This document shows positions 9,674-20,022 of a stretch of 64,000 nucleotides of DNA, in pieces. Source of the stretch: Nanobdellati archaeon. Its GTDB lineage: Archaea > Nanobdellota > Nanobdellia > Woesearchaeales > GCA-2686295. Within the stretch, counting starts at the first letter, position 1; each line of letters begins with the position of its first letter. The notes beneath the pieces were generated by a model. That model did not search any database, had not been told where the DNA came from, and saw only the letters and a program-made list of their open reading frames with translations. The stretch spans positions 1,674 through 65,673 of the forward strand of contig JACNFY010000034.1 in the NCBI GenBank assembly GCA_014384375.1. Direction: 5' to 3'. Made by a program: the position numbers and the translations under genes.

Positions 9674-11773
9674 ATGTCTCTTTTTAACAAACCTCTTTTC
9701 AAGCTTTTCTTGACTTTTTGGATTATTTATGCTTCTTTTGCTAATCTTAGTGGTTGGAATGAAAACTCTCGTTTAGATCTAACAAGGGCCATTGTTGATG
9801 AGGGAACTTTTAAGATTGATACTTATGCTAATAATACTGGTGACCGTGCTTATTATAATGGTCATTATTATTCTGACAAGTTTCCAGGGGCTTCTTTCTT
9901 AGCTGTTCCTCCTTATTTTGTTTTTAAACATGTTTTTGGAACTCCAAGCATAAATGATAATTTTTATGAGACAAATCCTGATCCTTTATATAACGGCATG
10001 GTTTTTTTTGTGATAATCTTTACTTCTGCTTTGTTCTCAGCATTAACTGTTGTATTAGTATATAAAACAGCTGGTTTCTTTACAAACAAAAAGAGTCATA
10101 AATATATTGTAGCAATAGCTTATGGCTTAGGAACGATTGCTTTTTCTCAAGCGACATTATTCATGGGTCATGCGATAGCTACTTTCTTTTCATTTGCAGC
10201 TTTTTATTTTGTTTTTAAGATGAGGAAAGAGAAAAAAGATTATTTATTTTTTGCAGGCATTCTTGGAGGATTTGCTATTATAACAGAACCATTAACTTTC
10301 TTGATAATTCTTGGTTGTTTTATTTTAGTCTTATTAACTAAAAAATTAAAGAACGTTCTTAATTTTAGTATTGGTTGCTTTTTGATTCTTTTAATGTTGT
10401 TTGGTTATAACTATGCTGTTTTTGAAGATCCTTTAGCTTCATCATATAATTATGTTGATATTGATTTTTACAGTTTGAGTTATAAGGACTTATCAATATC
10501 AAGCTGTAGTTTTTCTTCTCCCGTTAATGAAAATATTTTTCAGAAAATGAAATATCGAATATTTAAAAATATTCCTTGTAGAAGTTCAACACTTCAATAT
10601 TACAGTCCTGAATTAAATGCTATTGTGAAAGAGACTAATGATTTTAGTGAAGAAAGTTTTTTACTATTATATGAACAAAACTCAGCAGAAGGAACTTTTA
10701 ATTATTCAATTAAGAGAAATACATATTTTAAAAATGGAATAGAACAAGTTATGTACTCAAAAATAGTTCTTATTGGGGATGTATTATTCTATAACAAGAA
10801 TGTAACACAGTACACAGTTTTTGTAAATAAACAATTACTGCCAGTTAATTCTCGAGATTGGAAGAAATCAGCCGATTTTTACTTAGATTCGAATGGTATT
10901 CTTAAATACAATTATTTATTTGGAACTTATTCTTATACTAATTGCCCTTGGTTAAATGAGTATTATTATCCTTTTAATATTAGTAAACTTGAAACTTCAA
11001 AATGTGAGGAGAAGTTCTTCTATAGTTTTAATGGGAGTTTAATGCTTAAAAAAACTATTCGTGCTAATCTTACATATATTGGAAATGAAACATTGAATAT
11101 TAATTCTGAGAATTTTAATGTATACAAATTCAAAAACGAATTTTTTCTAGAACCAGAATATGATTATACTGTCATCATTAGAAATGTTGTTAGATTACTA
11201 TTTTATCCTTATAGAGGTTTGTTATTTTATAGCCCTATATTGTTTGTTTCAATCATAGGTTTGTGTTTCATGTATAGAAAATATAAGTTTGAAGCTATAA
11301 TGATTTCTTTGCTTTTTTTCCTTCTTTTACTTTTTAACGCTCAACAAACACTTTGGTGGGGGGGAACATCTTTTGGGCCAAGACAACTTTTACCCATCAT
11401 ACCTTTTTTAATAATTCCGTTATTGTTCTCTCTTAAAAAAATTAATATAAAATTTATATTATTAATAATGATGATTTCTGTATTTGTTAATCTTGTTGGT
11501 TTGGAAGAGTTAGAACAAAAATATGTGGTTGTTAATGAGGGTATTAGTTTCGAACCAGAACTTTGGAATAAGTTGGACTCATGGCAGCCAATAGCTAATC
11601 CTTTGTTTGATCATTATGCACCGTTATTTGCAAATTATGGTCCAAGAAGTGAGTTGCTTGAAAAAATGTTTGGAGTTAAGTTTATACCTTTTCTTAATGT
11701 ATTATTCTTATTATTAATAATTATCTTTATATTTAAAATAAACATCAGAAAAAGCAGAGTGAATAAAAATTAG
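9674..11773 (+). CDS. GT-C-like polytopic membrane protein with large extracytoplasmic insertion
   Basis: NENSR, YYSDK.PG.S, RGLLFYSP, WWGG.SFGPR; soluble segment at about aa 255-505. Confidence 0.65.
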   Translation: MSLFNKPLFKLFLTFWIIYASFANLSGWNENSRLDLTRAIVDEGTFKIDTYANNTGDRAYYNGHYYSDKFPGASFLAVPPYFVFKHVFGTPSINDNFYETNPDPLYNGMVFFVIIFTSALFSALTVVLVYKTAGFFTNKKSHKYIVAIAYGLGTIAFSQATLFMGHAIATFFSFAAFYFVFKMRKEKKDYLFFAGILGGFAIITEPLTFLIILGCFILVLLTKKLKNVLNFSIGCFLILLMLFGYNYAVFEDPLASSYNYVDIDFYSLSYKDLSISSCSFSSPVNENIFQKMKYRIFKNIPCRSSTLQYYSPELNAIVKETNDFSEESFLLLYEQNSAEGTFNYSIKRNTYFKNGIEQVMYSKIVLIGDVLFYNKNVTQYTVFVNKQLLPVNSRDWKKSADFYLDSNGILKYNYLFGTYSYTNCPWLNEYYYPFNISKLETSKCEEKFFYSFNGSLMLKKTIRANLTYIGNETLNINSENFNVYKFKNEFFLEPEYDYTVIIRNVVRLLFYPYRGLLFYSPILFVSIIGLCFMYRKYKFEAIMISLLFFLLLLFNAQQTLWWGGTSFGPRQLLPIIPFLIIPLLFSLKKINIKFILLIMMISVFVNLVGLEELEQKYVVVNEGISFEPELWNKLDSWQPIANPLFDHYAPLFANYGPRSELLEKMFGVKFIPFLNVLFLLLIIIFIFKINIRKSRVNKN

Positions 11774-11801
11774 CAATCTGAAATTAAAAACAAAAAAACT
11801 T

Positions 11802-12905
11802 GTGGAAGAAGACCTATCAAGGTTAGTTTCATTTATTAGCAAGCATTTTAAGAGTTCTACAATTATTCTTGCAGGCAGTTTTTATCATAATGAAGCAACA
11901 ACGTATTCTAGTAATGGAGAGTTAAAATTTTTTAGTGATTATGACATATTCATTGCCTTTGATTACTACAATCCTTTTACATTCATGTTGAATACTTTAA
12001 AATTGAAAAAATTTAAAGTTGAGTTAAAGAAGTTACAGGAGGTTTTGAATAACAAAAAAGTTGATTTGAATTTTATTTGGAGACCATTAATAAAAATGGG
12101 CATCCAGAGAGGAGTCAATGAAGGAAAAGTTTTGTATGGAAATAGAGGTTATATAAGGAAACAAAGAGGAAAGAGATATTTCAGGAATTGCGACTTATTT
12201 TATCTATTAGAACAAAACTACACATTTCTATTGCTAAGTAATCCCTTAATAAAACAAAAAAGTATGGCTTGTTACTTTGTAATAAAAACTGTTTTACAAT
12301 CATTAGAAATACTGTACTTGAGAACATTTAACGAAACCGAAACTTACAACAAGAAATATATTTTAGATAAAATAAGAAATTCAAACTTTATAGATAAAAG
12401 AGAAGAAATAACTTGCAAAAAATGTTTAAACAGAAAGATTGAATCAAAAAAAAACACTATTTTTTATGACACAAATTTATGGTTTGAAGCAAGAGACCTT
12501 TTAGACAAAGTTTTATTTAAGATATTTAAAACAGAAGAGAAAGAAAAGCTATTAAACAAAATATCTAAAAACATAACTTTTCATTTAAAAATCAAAAATG
12601 GGTTATTACTACTGAAATTCTTACTAAAAAACAGAATCAAAGTTAATTATTTTCAAATTCTTAACATACCTTTAATAAATTTCTTCAATAAGTTTAATCT
12701 TGTTCATTGTATAGAAAAAAATTTTGAAATAAACAAAAAACAGCTAACTGAAGTTGAGAACGGTATCTTCAAAATAAACAAAGAGAAAAATAAATTTAGT
12801 GATTCTGAAAAAAGGTTTTTCTGGTCTTTTGAGAAAATAACTACATATAAAAAAGAAAATCCTTTAGAGATTAAAACCGGAGAAAGAAAACATTTTTATT
12901 TCTAA
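11802..12905 (+). CDS. Pol-beta-type nucleotidyltransferase-like protein
   Basis: IILAGSF...FFSDYDIFI (GS...DxD) with a helical C-terminus. Confidence 0.65.
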   Translation: MEEDLSRLVSFISKHFKSSTIILAGSFYHNEATTYSSNGELKFFSDYDIFIAFDYYNPFTFMLNTLKLKKFKVELKKLQEVLNNKKVDLNFIWRPLIKMGIQRGVNEGKVLYGNRGYIRKQRGKRYFRNCDLFYLLEQNYTFLLLSNPLIKQKSMACYFVIKTVLQSLEILYLRTFNETETYNKKYILDKIRNSNFIDKREEITCKKCLNRKIESKKNTIFYDTNLWFEARDLLDKVLFKIFKTEEKEKLLNKISKNITFHLKIKNGLLLLKFLLKNRIKVNYFQILNIPLINFFNKFNLVHCIEKNFEINKKQLTEVENGIFKINKEKNKFSDSEKRFFWSFEKITTYKKENPLEIKTGERKHFYF

Positions 12906-12924
12906 CAATTTTCTCTTTAATCAA

Positions 12925-13698
12925 ATGAACGACCTTTACCAAAATGAAGAATTATTTAATAAATTCTGGACAAACAGAGAAAGGCTTTATCCTTCCAGCA
13001 ATTTCGAAGAATGGAAAAAAGATGTTTTATTTGTAATTCTAGATGATATTATCAAAGAAAACAAAAAGAAAGAACTTAGATTCCTTGATGTTGGTTGTGG
13101 TTTAGGCAGTAATGTTTTGGATTACAGTAAAAAACTAGAGAAACCAAAAGTTTTCTTAATAGATTTATCCAAGAAAGTTATATCAATGATACACAAGGAA
13201 CTAACAACCTCTCAAAATAAATATGTTAAGTCTAAGCAGGCAAGTGCTTTAAAAATTCCTTTTCAAGACAATTATTTCGATTTTGTTTTTAGCAATCAAG
13301 TAAATCATTATTTTAAAGGCGAAGATAGAAAAAAAGCATTCTCAGAATTATATAGGGTTTGTAAACCAAAAGGTCATGTTTTTATTTGTGTTGGGAACAA
13401 GTATTACATTCCCTGGCAATTAACTCATTTTTTTAAAGACAAAGTTTTAGATACTTGGATTCATGGGCATATGAGTTTTTACTCTTATTCTGAATTAAAA
13501 AAATTTATGACTGGTTTTAAACTAAAATATTTATTTGGTATTGGAAATGCATATAGAATCCCGAAAAGTTTTTTATTATTTTTGAATAAAATTTTTTATA
13601 GAAAATATAATCCTTTTTATTTTTACAAACCAGTTGTTCCATTTCCCAAGATTCTTGCTCAATATTTTTATCTTATAGGTAGAAAGGAAAAAAATTAA
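12925..13698 (+). CDS. Class I SAM-dependent methyltransferase
   Basis: FLDVGCGLG, IPFQDNYFD, ELYRVCKPKG. Confidence 0.9.
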   Translation: MNDLYQNEELFNKFWTNRERLYPSSNFEEWKKDVLFVILDDIIKENKKKELRFLDVGCGLGSNVLDYSKKLEKPKVFLIDLSKKVISMIHKELTTSQNKYVKSKQASALKIPFQDNYFDFVFSNQVNHYFKGEDRKKAFSELYRVCKPKGHVFICVGNKYYIPWQLTHFFKDKVLDTWIHGHMSFYSYSELKKFMTGFKLKYLFGIGNAYRIPKSFLLFLNKIFYRKYNPFYFYKPVVPFPKILAQYFYLIGRKEKN

Positions 13699-13730
13699 AT
13701 TTAAAAAAGAAAAGTGCTTGAAGGTTAAAT

Positions 13731-14825
13731 ATGAATAACAATAACTCTTTTTTAATGTATGCGTTAAAAAGATCTAAAAACTATTTGTTAAATAATCTGA
13801 ATTATTATTATAGTGGTATAAATTCATCAAAGCCAAATGTTTTTATTTTTGTTTTTACCAAAAAGTGCAACTTTCGTTGCACACACTGTGACATCTGGAA
13901 AGAAAAAAACTTTGGTGATGAGATAAGTCTAGATGATTGGAAAAAAGCAGCGACCAATATCTTCAATTGGGTAGGTCCTTTTATTGCTAGCATCACCGGA
14001 GGAGAAGCTTTTCTAAGAAAAGACTTGTTTGAATTTGCAGATTTTCTGAAAGATAAGTGCATTGAATTAAAATTAAACACTAATGGTTCATTAATCAATG
14101 AAAGGATTGCAAAAAGACTTTCTAAAAGTCCTTTCAAAACCTTCATATTCTCACTTTATAGTCTAAGTAACCATACTAATGATAAGCTTAGGGGTATAAA
14201 AGGATCATATAAAAAAACACTTAGAGCAATTAATTTAATGAATAAATATTGTGAGAAATATGGTTTTAAGAAGAAGATGTGTATAGCTGTGCTAATAACA
14301 AAGTATAACTTATTAGAACTATCTAAGATAGTTATATGGGCTAAAACCATGAATGTAAAGGTAATTTTGCAACCTCTTCTAAAAAATTTTGATACAGATT
14401 TTGAATCAGATTGGATTGATAGAAGTAAACTTTGGCCTAATGATAGAGAATTAATTCACCAAATTTTTAAGGAAATAATTCATATGAAAAAAAATGGTTT
14501 TCCAATCAGCAATGATATATCACAATTAGAAATGATGAAGAACTATTATTTAAGAAATAAAGAAGAAGTGCTCAAACATAAATGCAAAGTTGGAGTTGAC
14601 AACATCACAATTTATCAAGATGGTAATATTAAGTTTTGTTCTTTAGCTAATAATATTGGGAACATAAAAAATAATTCGATAAGCAAGATATGGAAGTCTA
14701 TAACTGCAAAAGAAGAAAGACAAACTTTATTTGATTGCAAAAAAGATTGCAGAGTTCATCCCTGCTATTATGACAAACCATTAAAAGCTAAGATTAATGG
14801 GTTTATTAGTGAATATAAAAACTAG
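13731..14825 (+). CDS. Radical SAM/SPASM protein
   Basis: CNFRCTHC, TGGE, NTNG; C..G.I.FC..IGNI..IW..C..C...C. Confidence 0.9.
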   Translation: MNNNNSFLMYALKRSKNYLLNNLNYYYSGINSSKPNVFIFVFTKKCNFRCTHCDIWKEKNFGDEISLDDWKKAATNIFNWVGPFIASITGGEAFLRKDLFEFADFLKDKCIELKLNTNGSLINERIAKRLSKSPFKTFIFSLYSLSNHTNDKLRGIKGSYKKTLRAINLMNKYCEKYGFKKKMCIAVLITKYNLLELSKIVIWAKTMNVKVILQPLLKNFDTDFESDWIDRSKLWPNDRELIHQIFKEIIHMKKNGFPISNDISQLEMMKNYYLRNKEEVLKHKCKVGVDNITIYQDGNIKFCSLANNIGNIKNNSISKIWKSITAKEERQTLFDCKKDCRVHPCYYDKPLKAKINGFISEYKN

Positions 14826-14837
14826 ATAAGATAAAAA

Positions 14838-15854
14838 TTGGTTAACTACAATTTGAAATTTTCATTAAAAGAAACTCCTAAGATAAGAAAAGATGTAATC
14901 CTAAACCTAAATAAAATTGTTGTATATTTAGAAGAAAAAATTCCTAATTCCGCAATTGGATTGTGGGGAAGCTTCTCATATGGTGAGGGAAGAGTAAAAA
15001 AGGTAAATGGAACTCTAAAATATCAAGATGATATGGACATATTTATATATACAAATTCACTTGTTAAATACTTAAAATGGCATAATAAAATTAAAAATCT
15101 AGGCGAAAAATTAAATATTAATGCGGAAGTATGTGTCTGGGTTAAATGTATTCCATTAATTAGGTTAGGATTATCTTTCTGCGGCTTTCCAAAAATGTTG
15201 AATAAAAAAAAACTTGATATGTTCAAAGAAAAAAGATTTCCTCAAATTATAGAATCAACAAAATATTTATTAGAAAGCCATCAGTATATGTTCAGATTTA
15301 TAACAACAAAAAATAGAGAGAATCTAATTAAAGCTTATATTAGATTGTATAGATCATTAGAAATTTATGATAGAAAAAACAAAGAAGTATTTTCATTAAA
15401 AAACAATCTAAAAAGCTTAGAGAAATACAGAAAAGAGCTAACTAAACAACAGAACGATATTCTAAAATCTGCAATAAAAATCAGACTTGGTATGAAAAGT
15501 AAAACTAAAATTGATTTTTCATCAATATTTAAAATGAAGTCATTGTTTGAGAAAATGTTTTATAAGTTAAATAATAAAAATGGGCTCTTTATTGTTAGAT
15601 ATCAACTAATAATTTGGAAGTATTTGTTTTTTAATAAAAAGCCAATAAAGATACTTATTAATTTTAATAAACAAAGATTAGCTGCGAGTAATTATTTATT
15701 AAACTCAATAACTGAGAAAAAGCGAATAAATGATGAGTACCTGAAAAAAGCAGAATATATAGTAACAAATATTTTATCTGAAAAGCCAAGAACTAATTCA
15801 AAAGAAAAAAGATTCAAGTGGGTTGCTGATAAGTTATGGGAAATCTACAAATGA
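14838..15854 (+). CDS. Nucleotidyltransferase-like protein (paralog A)
   Basis: GLWGSFSYGEG...DDMDIFIY; clearly paralogous to 16471..17502. Confidence 0.65.
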   Translation: MVNYNLKFSLKETPKIRKDVILNLNKIVVYLEEKIPNSAIGLWGSFSYGEGRVKKVNGTLKYQDDMDIFIYTNSLVKYLKWHNKIKNLGEKLNINAEVCVWVKCIPLIRLGLSFCGFPKMLNKKKLDMFKEKRFPQIIESTKYLLESHQYMFRFITTKNRENLIKAYIRLYRSLEIYDRKNKEVFSLKNNLKSLEKYRKELTKQQNDILKSAIKIRLGMKSKTKIDFSSIFKMKSLFEKMFYKLNNKNGLFIVRYQLIIWKYLFFNKKPIKILINFNKQRLAASNYLLNSITEKKRINDEYLKKAEYIVTNILSEKPRTNSKEKRFKWVADKLWEIYK

Positions 15855-15894
15855 TTTAAAAATATTTAAATATAGACTTCAAATAGTTATTTTG

Positions 15895-16458
15895 ATGATA
15901 TCTCCAATTATTAACAATCTAATTTATTTGCTTCTCATTATTTTGTGTTTATGTATAATAATAGTAACAGTAATTATTTTTCTTAGCCGAAAAGCAATTG
16001 GAATTTCAAAGACTGATAAGAGATTCATGAAGATAGCTTACAAAGAAGCTGAGATGGCTCTAAAAGCTAAAAACGGCCCTGTTGGCGCTGTTTTGACTAT
16101 TAATGATAAAATAATTGCTAAAGCTCATAATCAAGTTGAAACAAGTAAAAATTACTTTGCTCATGCAGAAATACTAACTATAAATAAAGCTCTTAGAAAA
16201 CTAAACATAAAAAATTTTGGCGAAATAAAAAACAAAGCTATATTATATACTACTTATGATCCTTGTACATTTTGTGAAGGATTTATTATCTGGGCAAAAG
16301 TTTCAAGAATTATTGTGGGGAAAAATGAACCATTAGTGAACTCTATAAAAAAAGACATGTCTCATTTAACTTATAAAATAAGAAAAAAAGGCGGGTTATA
16401 CATAGACATACAAACAAAATTATTCAAAAAATTCCTAATCGTCAATATTAAAAAATAA
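15895..16458 (+). CDS. Zn-dependent nucleoside/nucleotide deaminase (TadA/CDA-like) with N-terminal TM helix
   Basis: PVGA, AHN, HAE, PCTFC; hydrophobic N-terminus; ATG 15895 preferred over TTG 15823. Confidence 0.85.
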   Translation: MISPIINNLIYLLLIILCLCIIIVTVIIFLSRKAIGISKTDKRFMKIAYKEAEMALKAKNGPVGAVLTINDKIIAKAHNQVETSKNYFAHAEILTINKALRKLNIKNFGEIKNKAILYTTYDPCTFCEGFIIWAKVSRIIVGKNEPLVNSIKKDMSHLTYKIRKKGGLYIDIQTKLFKKFLIVNIKK

Positions 16459-16470
16459 ATACTAATTTGT

Positions 16471-17502
16471 GTGATAAGATTGAGAAATTATAATTTTAAC
16501 TTTGCTTTAAATGAAACTAAAGAAATAAGAGAAAAAATTTGTTCTGATATTGATAAGATTGTTAGTTATTTAGAAGGTCTTATTTCTGGTTGTGCTGTTG
16601 GATTGTGGGGTAGTTTTTCTTTTGGTGAAGGACGTGTAAAAGAAGTTAACAATAAACTAGAGTATGTAGATGATCTGGATTTTGTTGTCTATACTAATTC
16701 AATTGTAAAGTTTTTCAAATGGAATAATAATAAAACGCTAAAGAATCTGAATGAAAAATTAAATATCAATGCAGAAATCTGTGTTTGGGTTAAATGTATT
16801 CCATTAATAAAGCTTAGATTGTTTTTTTGTGGGTTTCCAAGAATACTAAATAAAAAAGGGGTTAATATTTTCAAAGAAAAGAATATTCCAACAATACATG
16901 TTTATTCAACTTATTTACTAAAAAGCTATTATCGTCTCTTTAAATATGTATTAACAAACGAAAAACATTTTCTGAGGAAAGCATATATTGAAGTTTTCAG
17001 GTCTTTAGTGTTCAGTAAAAAAAGGGACAAAGATACTTTTTCATTGAAGCATAATTTAAATCAGTTAAACGAGTATAAGAAAATTCTAACTAAAGAGCAG
17101 TATAGAATAATTGAGTGTTCTATAGAAAGCCGATTGAGTTTAAAAACAAAAAGTGAAATAGGTTATGATTCTATATCTAAAATGAAACCCTTATATGACA
17201 AACTTTTTAATAAATATTATAGAACAACTAGCACATTCTCTATGAAGTATTACTTTAAACTTATTAAATTTCTTTTACAAGAAAAAAAGATTCCCAACAT
17301 TTTCATTAATTTTAGCAAAAAGAGATTTTTAATTCATCATTATTTATTGCAAGCTTTAGAAAAAAATAAAAAGATAAATGAGTCCTATTTGAAAAAAGCA
17401 GAAGATACAATTAAAAAAATGTGTTATGAAACAAACCAATACAAATCTTTAGAAGAAAGATTTTCATGGTGTATAAAAAATTTAGAGTATATCTGGAGAT
17501 AA
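16471..17502 (+). CDS. Nucleotidyltransferase-like protein (paralog B)
   Basis: GLWGSFSFGEG...DDLDFVVY; shares EKLNINAE.CVWVKCIPLI with paralog A. Confidence 0.65.
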   Translation: MIRLRNYNFNFALNETKEIREKICSDIDKIVSYLEGLISGCAVGLWGSFSFGEGRVKEVNNKLEYVDDLDFVVYTNSIVKFFKWNNNKTLKNLNEKLNINAEICVWVKCIPLIKLRLFFCGFPRILNKKGVNIFKEKNIPTIHVYSTYLLKSYYRLFKYVLTNEKHFLRKAYIEVFRSLVFSKKRDKDTFSLKHNLNQLNEYKKILTKEQYRIIECSIESRLSLKTKSEIGYDSISKMKPLYDKLFNKYYRTTSTFSMKYYFKLIKFLLQEKKIPNIFINFSKKRFLIHHYLLQALEKNKKINESYLKKAEDTIKKMCYETNQYKSLEERFSWCIKNLEYIWR

Positions 17503-17503
17503 A

Positions 17504-18541
17504 ATGCTGCGAAAACAAGTGAAAGAAGGTACAAATTTTATAAGAAGGAGATTATCTCATCTAACACGTTTAAATATTGTAAAACCCAGTTATTTTACAT
17601 TTGAACTCACTAATAAATGTAATTTTTTTTGTAAATATTGTGATCAATGGAAAATTAAACCTGATAAAGAACTTTCATTACTTGAATGGAAGTGTGTTTC
17701 TAAAAAAATATTTGACTGGATGGGGCCTTATAATGTTAAGCTAAGTGGAGGAGAACCTTTTTTGAAGAAAAATATTTTTGATCTTATAAGATACAACAAT
17801 AATTTAGGGATTAAAACCATGATTAATTCGAATGGTTATTTAATAGATGATAAGTTGGCAGAAAAAATTGTTAAATCAAATGTTCATTTTATTAAAATTT
17901 CTTTGATTAGCTTTAACAAAGATGTGAACGAGGATTTAAGGGGAAGAAAAGATGTATTTGAAAAAAGCATGAATGCTGTTAAGAAATTAGTTTATTGGAA
18001 GCAGAAACTTAACTCAAATATAAACATATCTCTTGCGTTTTTAATGAATTCTCAGAATTTAGAAGAAGTTGAAGAAATGATTTTATGGGCGAAGAAAATA
18101 GGCGTTAGGATTTATTTACAAGTTTTAGTGCATAATTTCAAATCAGACGTACGAGAGAATTTGGAAAAAAGCGAGCTTTGGCCTAAAAATAAGAAACAAA
18201 TAAAAGAAGTTTTCAGAAAAATTATTTTGCTTAAAAAAAATAATTATCCTATAGTTCAATCTATGCCTATATTAAAATTAATGAGAGAATATTTTTTAAG
18301 AAATGAGAAGATAATATTAAGAACACCTTGCAAAATTTCCTATTACAGCTTTATTGTTGATCCTGAAGGAAATGTGAGATTTTGTTTTGGAAGGCATAAA
18401 AATGGGTTAGTTGGTAACATAAAAGAAGATTCGCCTAAAGATATATGGTTCAGTAAACAATCTAATATTGAAAGAGAAAATATTCGTAATTGCAGGGAAT
18501 TTTGCAGGGTTCATAAACCTGGAAGAGGTTTTTTAATCTGA
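17504..18541 (+). CDS. Radical SAM/SPASM protein
   Basis: CNFFCKYC, SGGEP, SPASM-type C-terminus; paralog of 13731..14825. Confidence 0.9.
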   Translation: MLRKQVKEGTNFIRRRLSHLTRLNIVKPSYFTFELTNKCNFFCKYCDQWKIKPDKELSLLEWKCVSKKIFDWMGPYNVKLSGGEPFLKKNIFDLIRYNNNLGIKTMINSNGYLIDDKLAEKIVKSNVHFIKISLISFNKDVNEDLRGRKDVFEKSMNAVKKLVYWKQKLNSNINISLAFLMNSQNLEEVEEMILWAKKIGVRIYLQVLVHNFKSDVRENLEKSELWPKNKKQIKEVFRKIILLKKNNYPIVQSMPILKLMREYFLRNEKIILRTPCKISYYSFIVDPEGNVRFCFGRHKNGLVGNIKEDSPKDIWFSKQSNIERENIRNCREFCRVHKPGRGFLI

Positions 18542-18545
18542 AAAT

Positions 18546-18849
18546 ATGAAAATGGAAAAGTTAAAACCTTTTAGCTTTACTCTGAATGAGACTCCAACAA
18601 TAAGAAGAAAAATTTGTTCTGACCTTGATAAAATAGCAGATTATATAGAGAAAACAGTTCCGAATTCTGTAGTCGGTTTATGGAGTGCCTTTTCATACGG
18701 AAAGGGAAGGGTAAAAGAGATAGATGGAAAATATCTTAAAAAAGCAGAAAAAATCTTAGAGGATTACTTTTGTGAAGAAAGAATGGGCATCTCTAAAAAA
18801 AGAGAGATTTGCACGAGTTGCTGATAAATTAGTGGAACTTTACAAATGA
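18546..18849 (+). pseudogene. Internally deleted and frameshifted nucleotidyltransferase-like paralog C
   Basis: N-terminal ~60 aa match paralogs A/B up to GRVKEIDGK, then jump to the C-terminal YLKKAE. After an A7 run the alternate frame reads KERFARVADKLVELYK* (paralog A ends KRFKWVADKLWEIYK*). Confidence 0.8.
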
Positions 18850-19913
18850 AACAAAAAACAAAAAGAATTGCAGATTACATAAAGAATCAAATAACATATT
18901 ACACTACAACAAGTATGAACCAGCCACATCTTATAGAGCTAATACTCACATTTAGATGTAATCAAAAATGTCCGCATTGTGATTCCCAAAAAATAAAAGG
19001 AACAAAAGAGTTAACAATAAATCAATGGAAAGATATAGTGAAGAAGATAAATAGATGGCTTGGACCAAAGCCAATATGCTTAGCTGGCGGAGAACCTCTT
19101 TTAAAGAAAGGTGTTTACGATTTGGTAAGTTCTATATCAAAAAATAATAAGGTATATATTATGACAAATGGCCAACATGATGAGAAAACAGCAAAGAGAT
19201 TGGTTGAGTCAAATATTTCGCAAATACTAATATCCTTTTATAGTTTAAATCCGAGAATTCATGATTCTATTAGAGGAACAAAGGAAGCTCATAAAAGAGC
19301 AAAGAATTTTATAGAGGAATTGCTTAAAGAGAAGAAAAAACAAAAAAAAGATATCAGGATAGACCTATCATTTCTGTTAACCTCTAAAAATTTCAGAGAG
19401 GCTCCTGCTTTTATAAAACATTTTTCAAAAAAGGAAATATACACTTCTTTAACCCCTTTGAGAAGGAACCCGTTAGATATTTTTAGTGAAGATTTCAAGT
19501 TTTATAATAAATACTGGTATAAAAAAAGTTCTTTATGGATAAATGATAAAGAAGAATTTGTTAAAATTATAAAAAAAATAATTTGTATGAAAAAGAAAGG
19601 TTATTTAATAAATAACTACATTAATACTTTAAAAAAGTTTGTTGATTACTTTGAAAATCCTTCACAATTAAATAAATTCAATTGCTATATGCCATTATTA
19701 AATTTTGTTATTGGACCAATGGGTGATGTTCGTCTTTGTTATTATTCTAGGAATATTGGAAATGTTATAAAAAAGGATCCTAAAGGTATATGGTATTCGG
19801 AAGAACGAATGAACGAGATAAAAAGATTGAAAAAATGCACGAATTATTGCAGAATACATAACAACTATAATTTCATAAACTTAGATGAGAAGATAAGATT
19901 TCTTTTTGAGTAA
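18846..19913 (+). CDS. Radical SAM/SPASM protein
   Basis: CNQKCPHC, AGGEP, GDVRLC..IGNV..IW..C..C. Confidence 0.9.
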   Translation: MKQKTKRIADYIKNQITYYTTTSMNQPHLIELILTFRCNQKCPHCDSQKIKGTKELTINQWKDIVKKINRWLGPKPICLAGGEPLLKKGVYDLVSSISKNNKVYIMTNGQHDEKTAKRLVESNISQILISFYSLNPRIHDSIRGTKEAHKRAKNFIEELLKEKKKQKKDIRIDLSFLLTSKNFREAPAFIKHFSKKEIYTSLTPLRRNPLDIFSEDFKFYNKYWYKKSSLWINDKEEFVKIIKKIICMKKKGYLINNYINTLKKFVDYFENPSQLNKFNCYMPLLNFVIGPMGDVRLCYYSRNIGNVIKKDPKGIWYSEERMNEIKRLKKCTNYCRIHNNYNFINLDEKIRFLFE

Positions 19914-20022
19914 ATATAAAAACATAAATTTTTGTTTTGATTCTCTGGCTTTATTAATTTTTTTACCTAGTTTTCTAAACTTCCATAAAATTATTAAATA
20001 AATTCAATATAGTTGTTTTTAC

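Noticed and set aside
11802..19913. RiPP (ranthipeptide/lasso) cluster or CBASS-type defence
   Set aside because: No precursor peptide, RRE/PqqD domain, peptidase or Cap effector recognised; the 92-aa ORF is a broken NTase paralog
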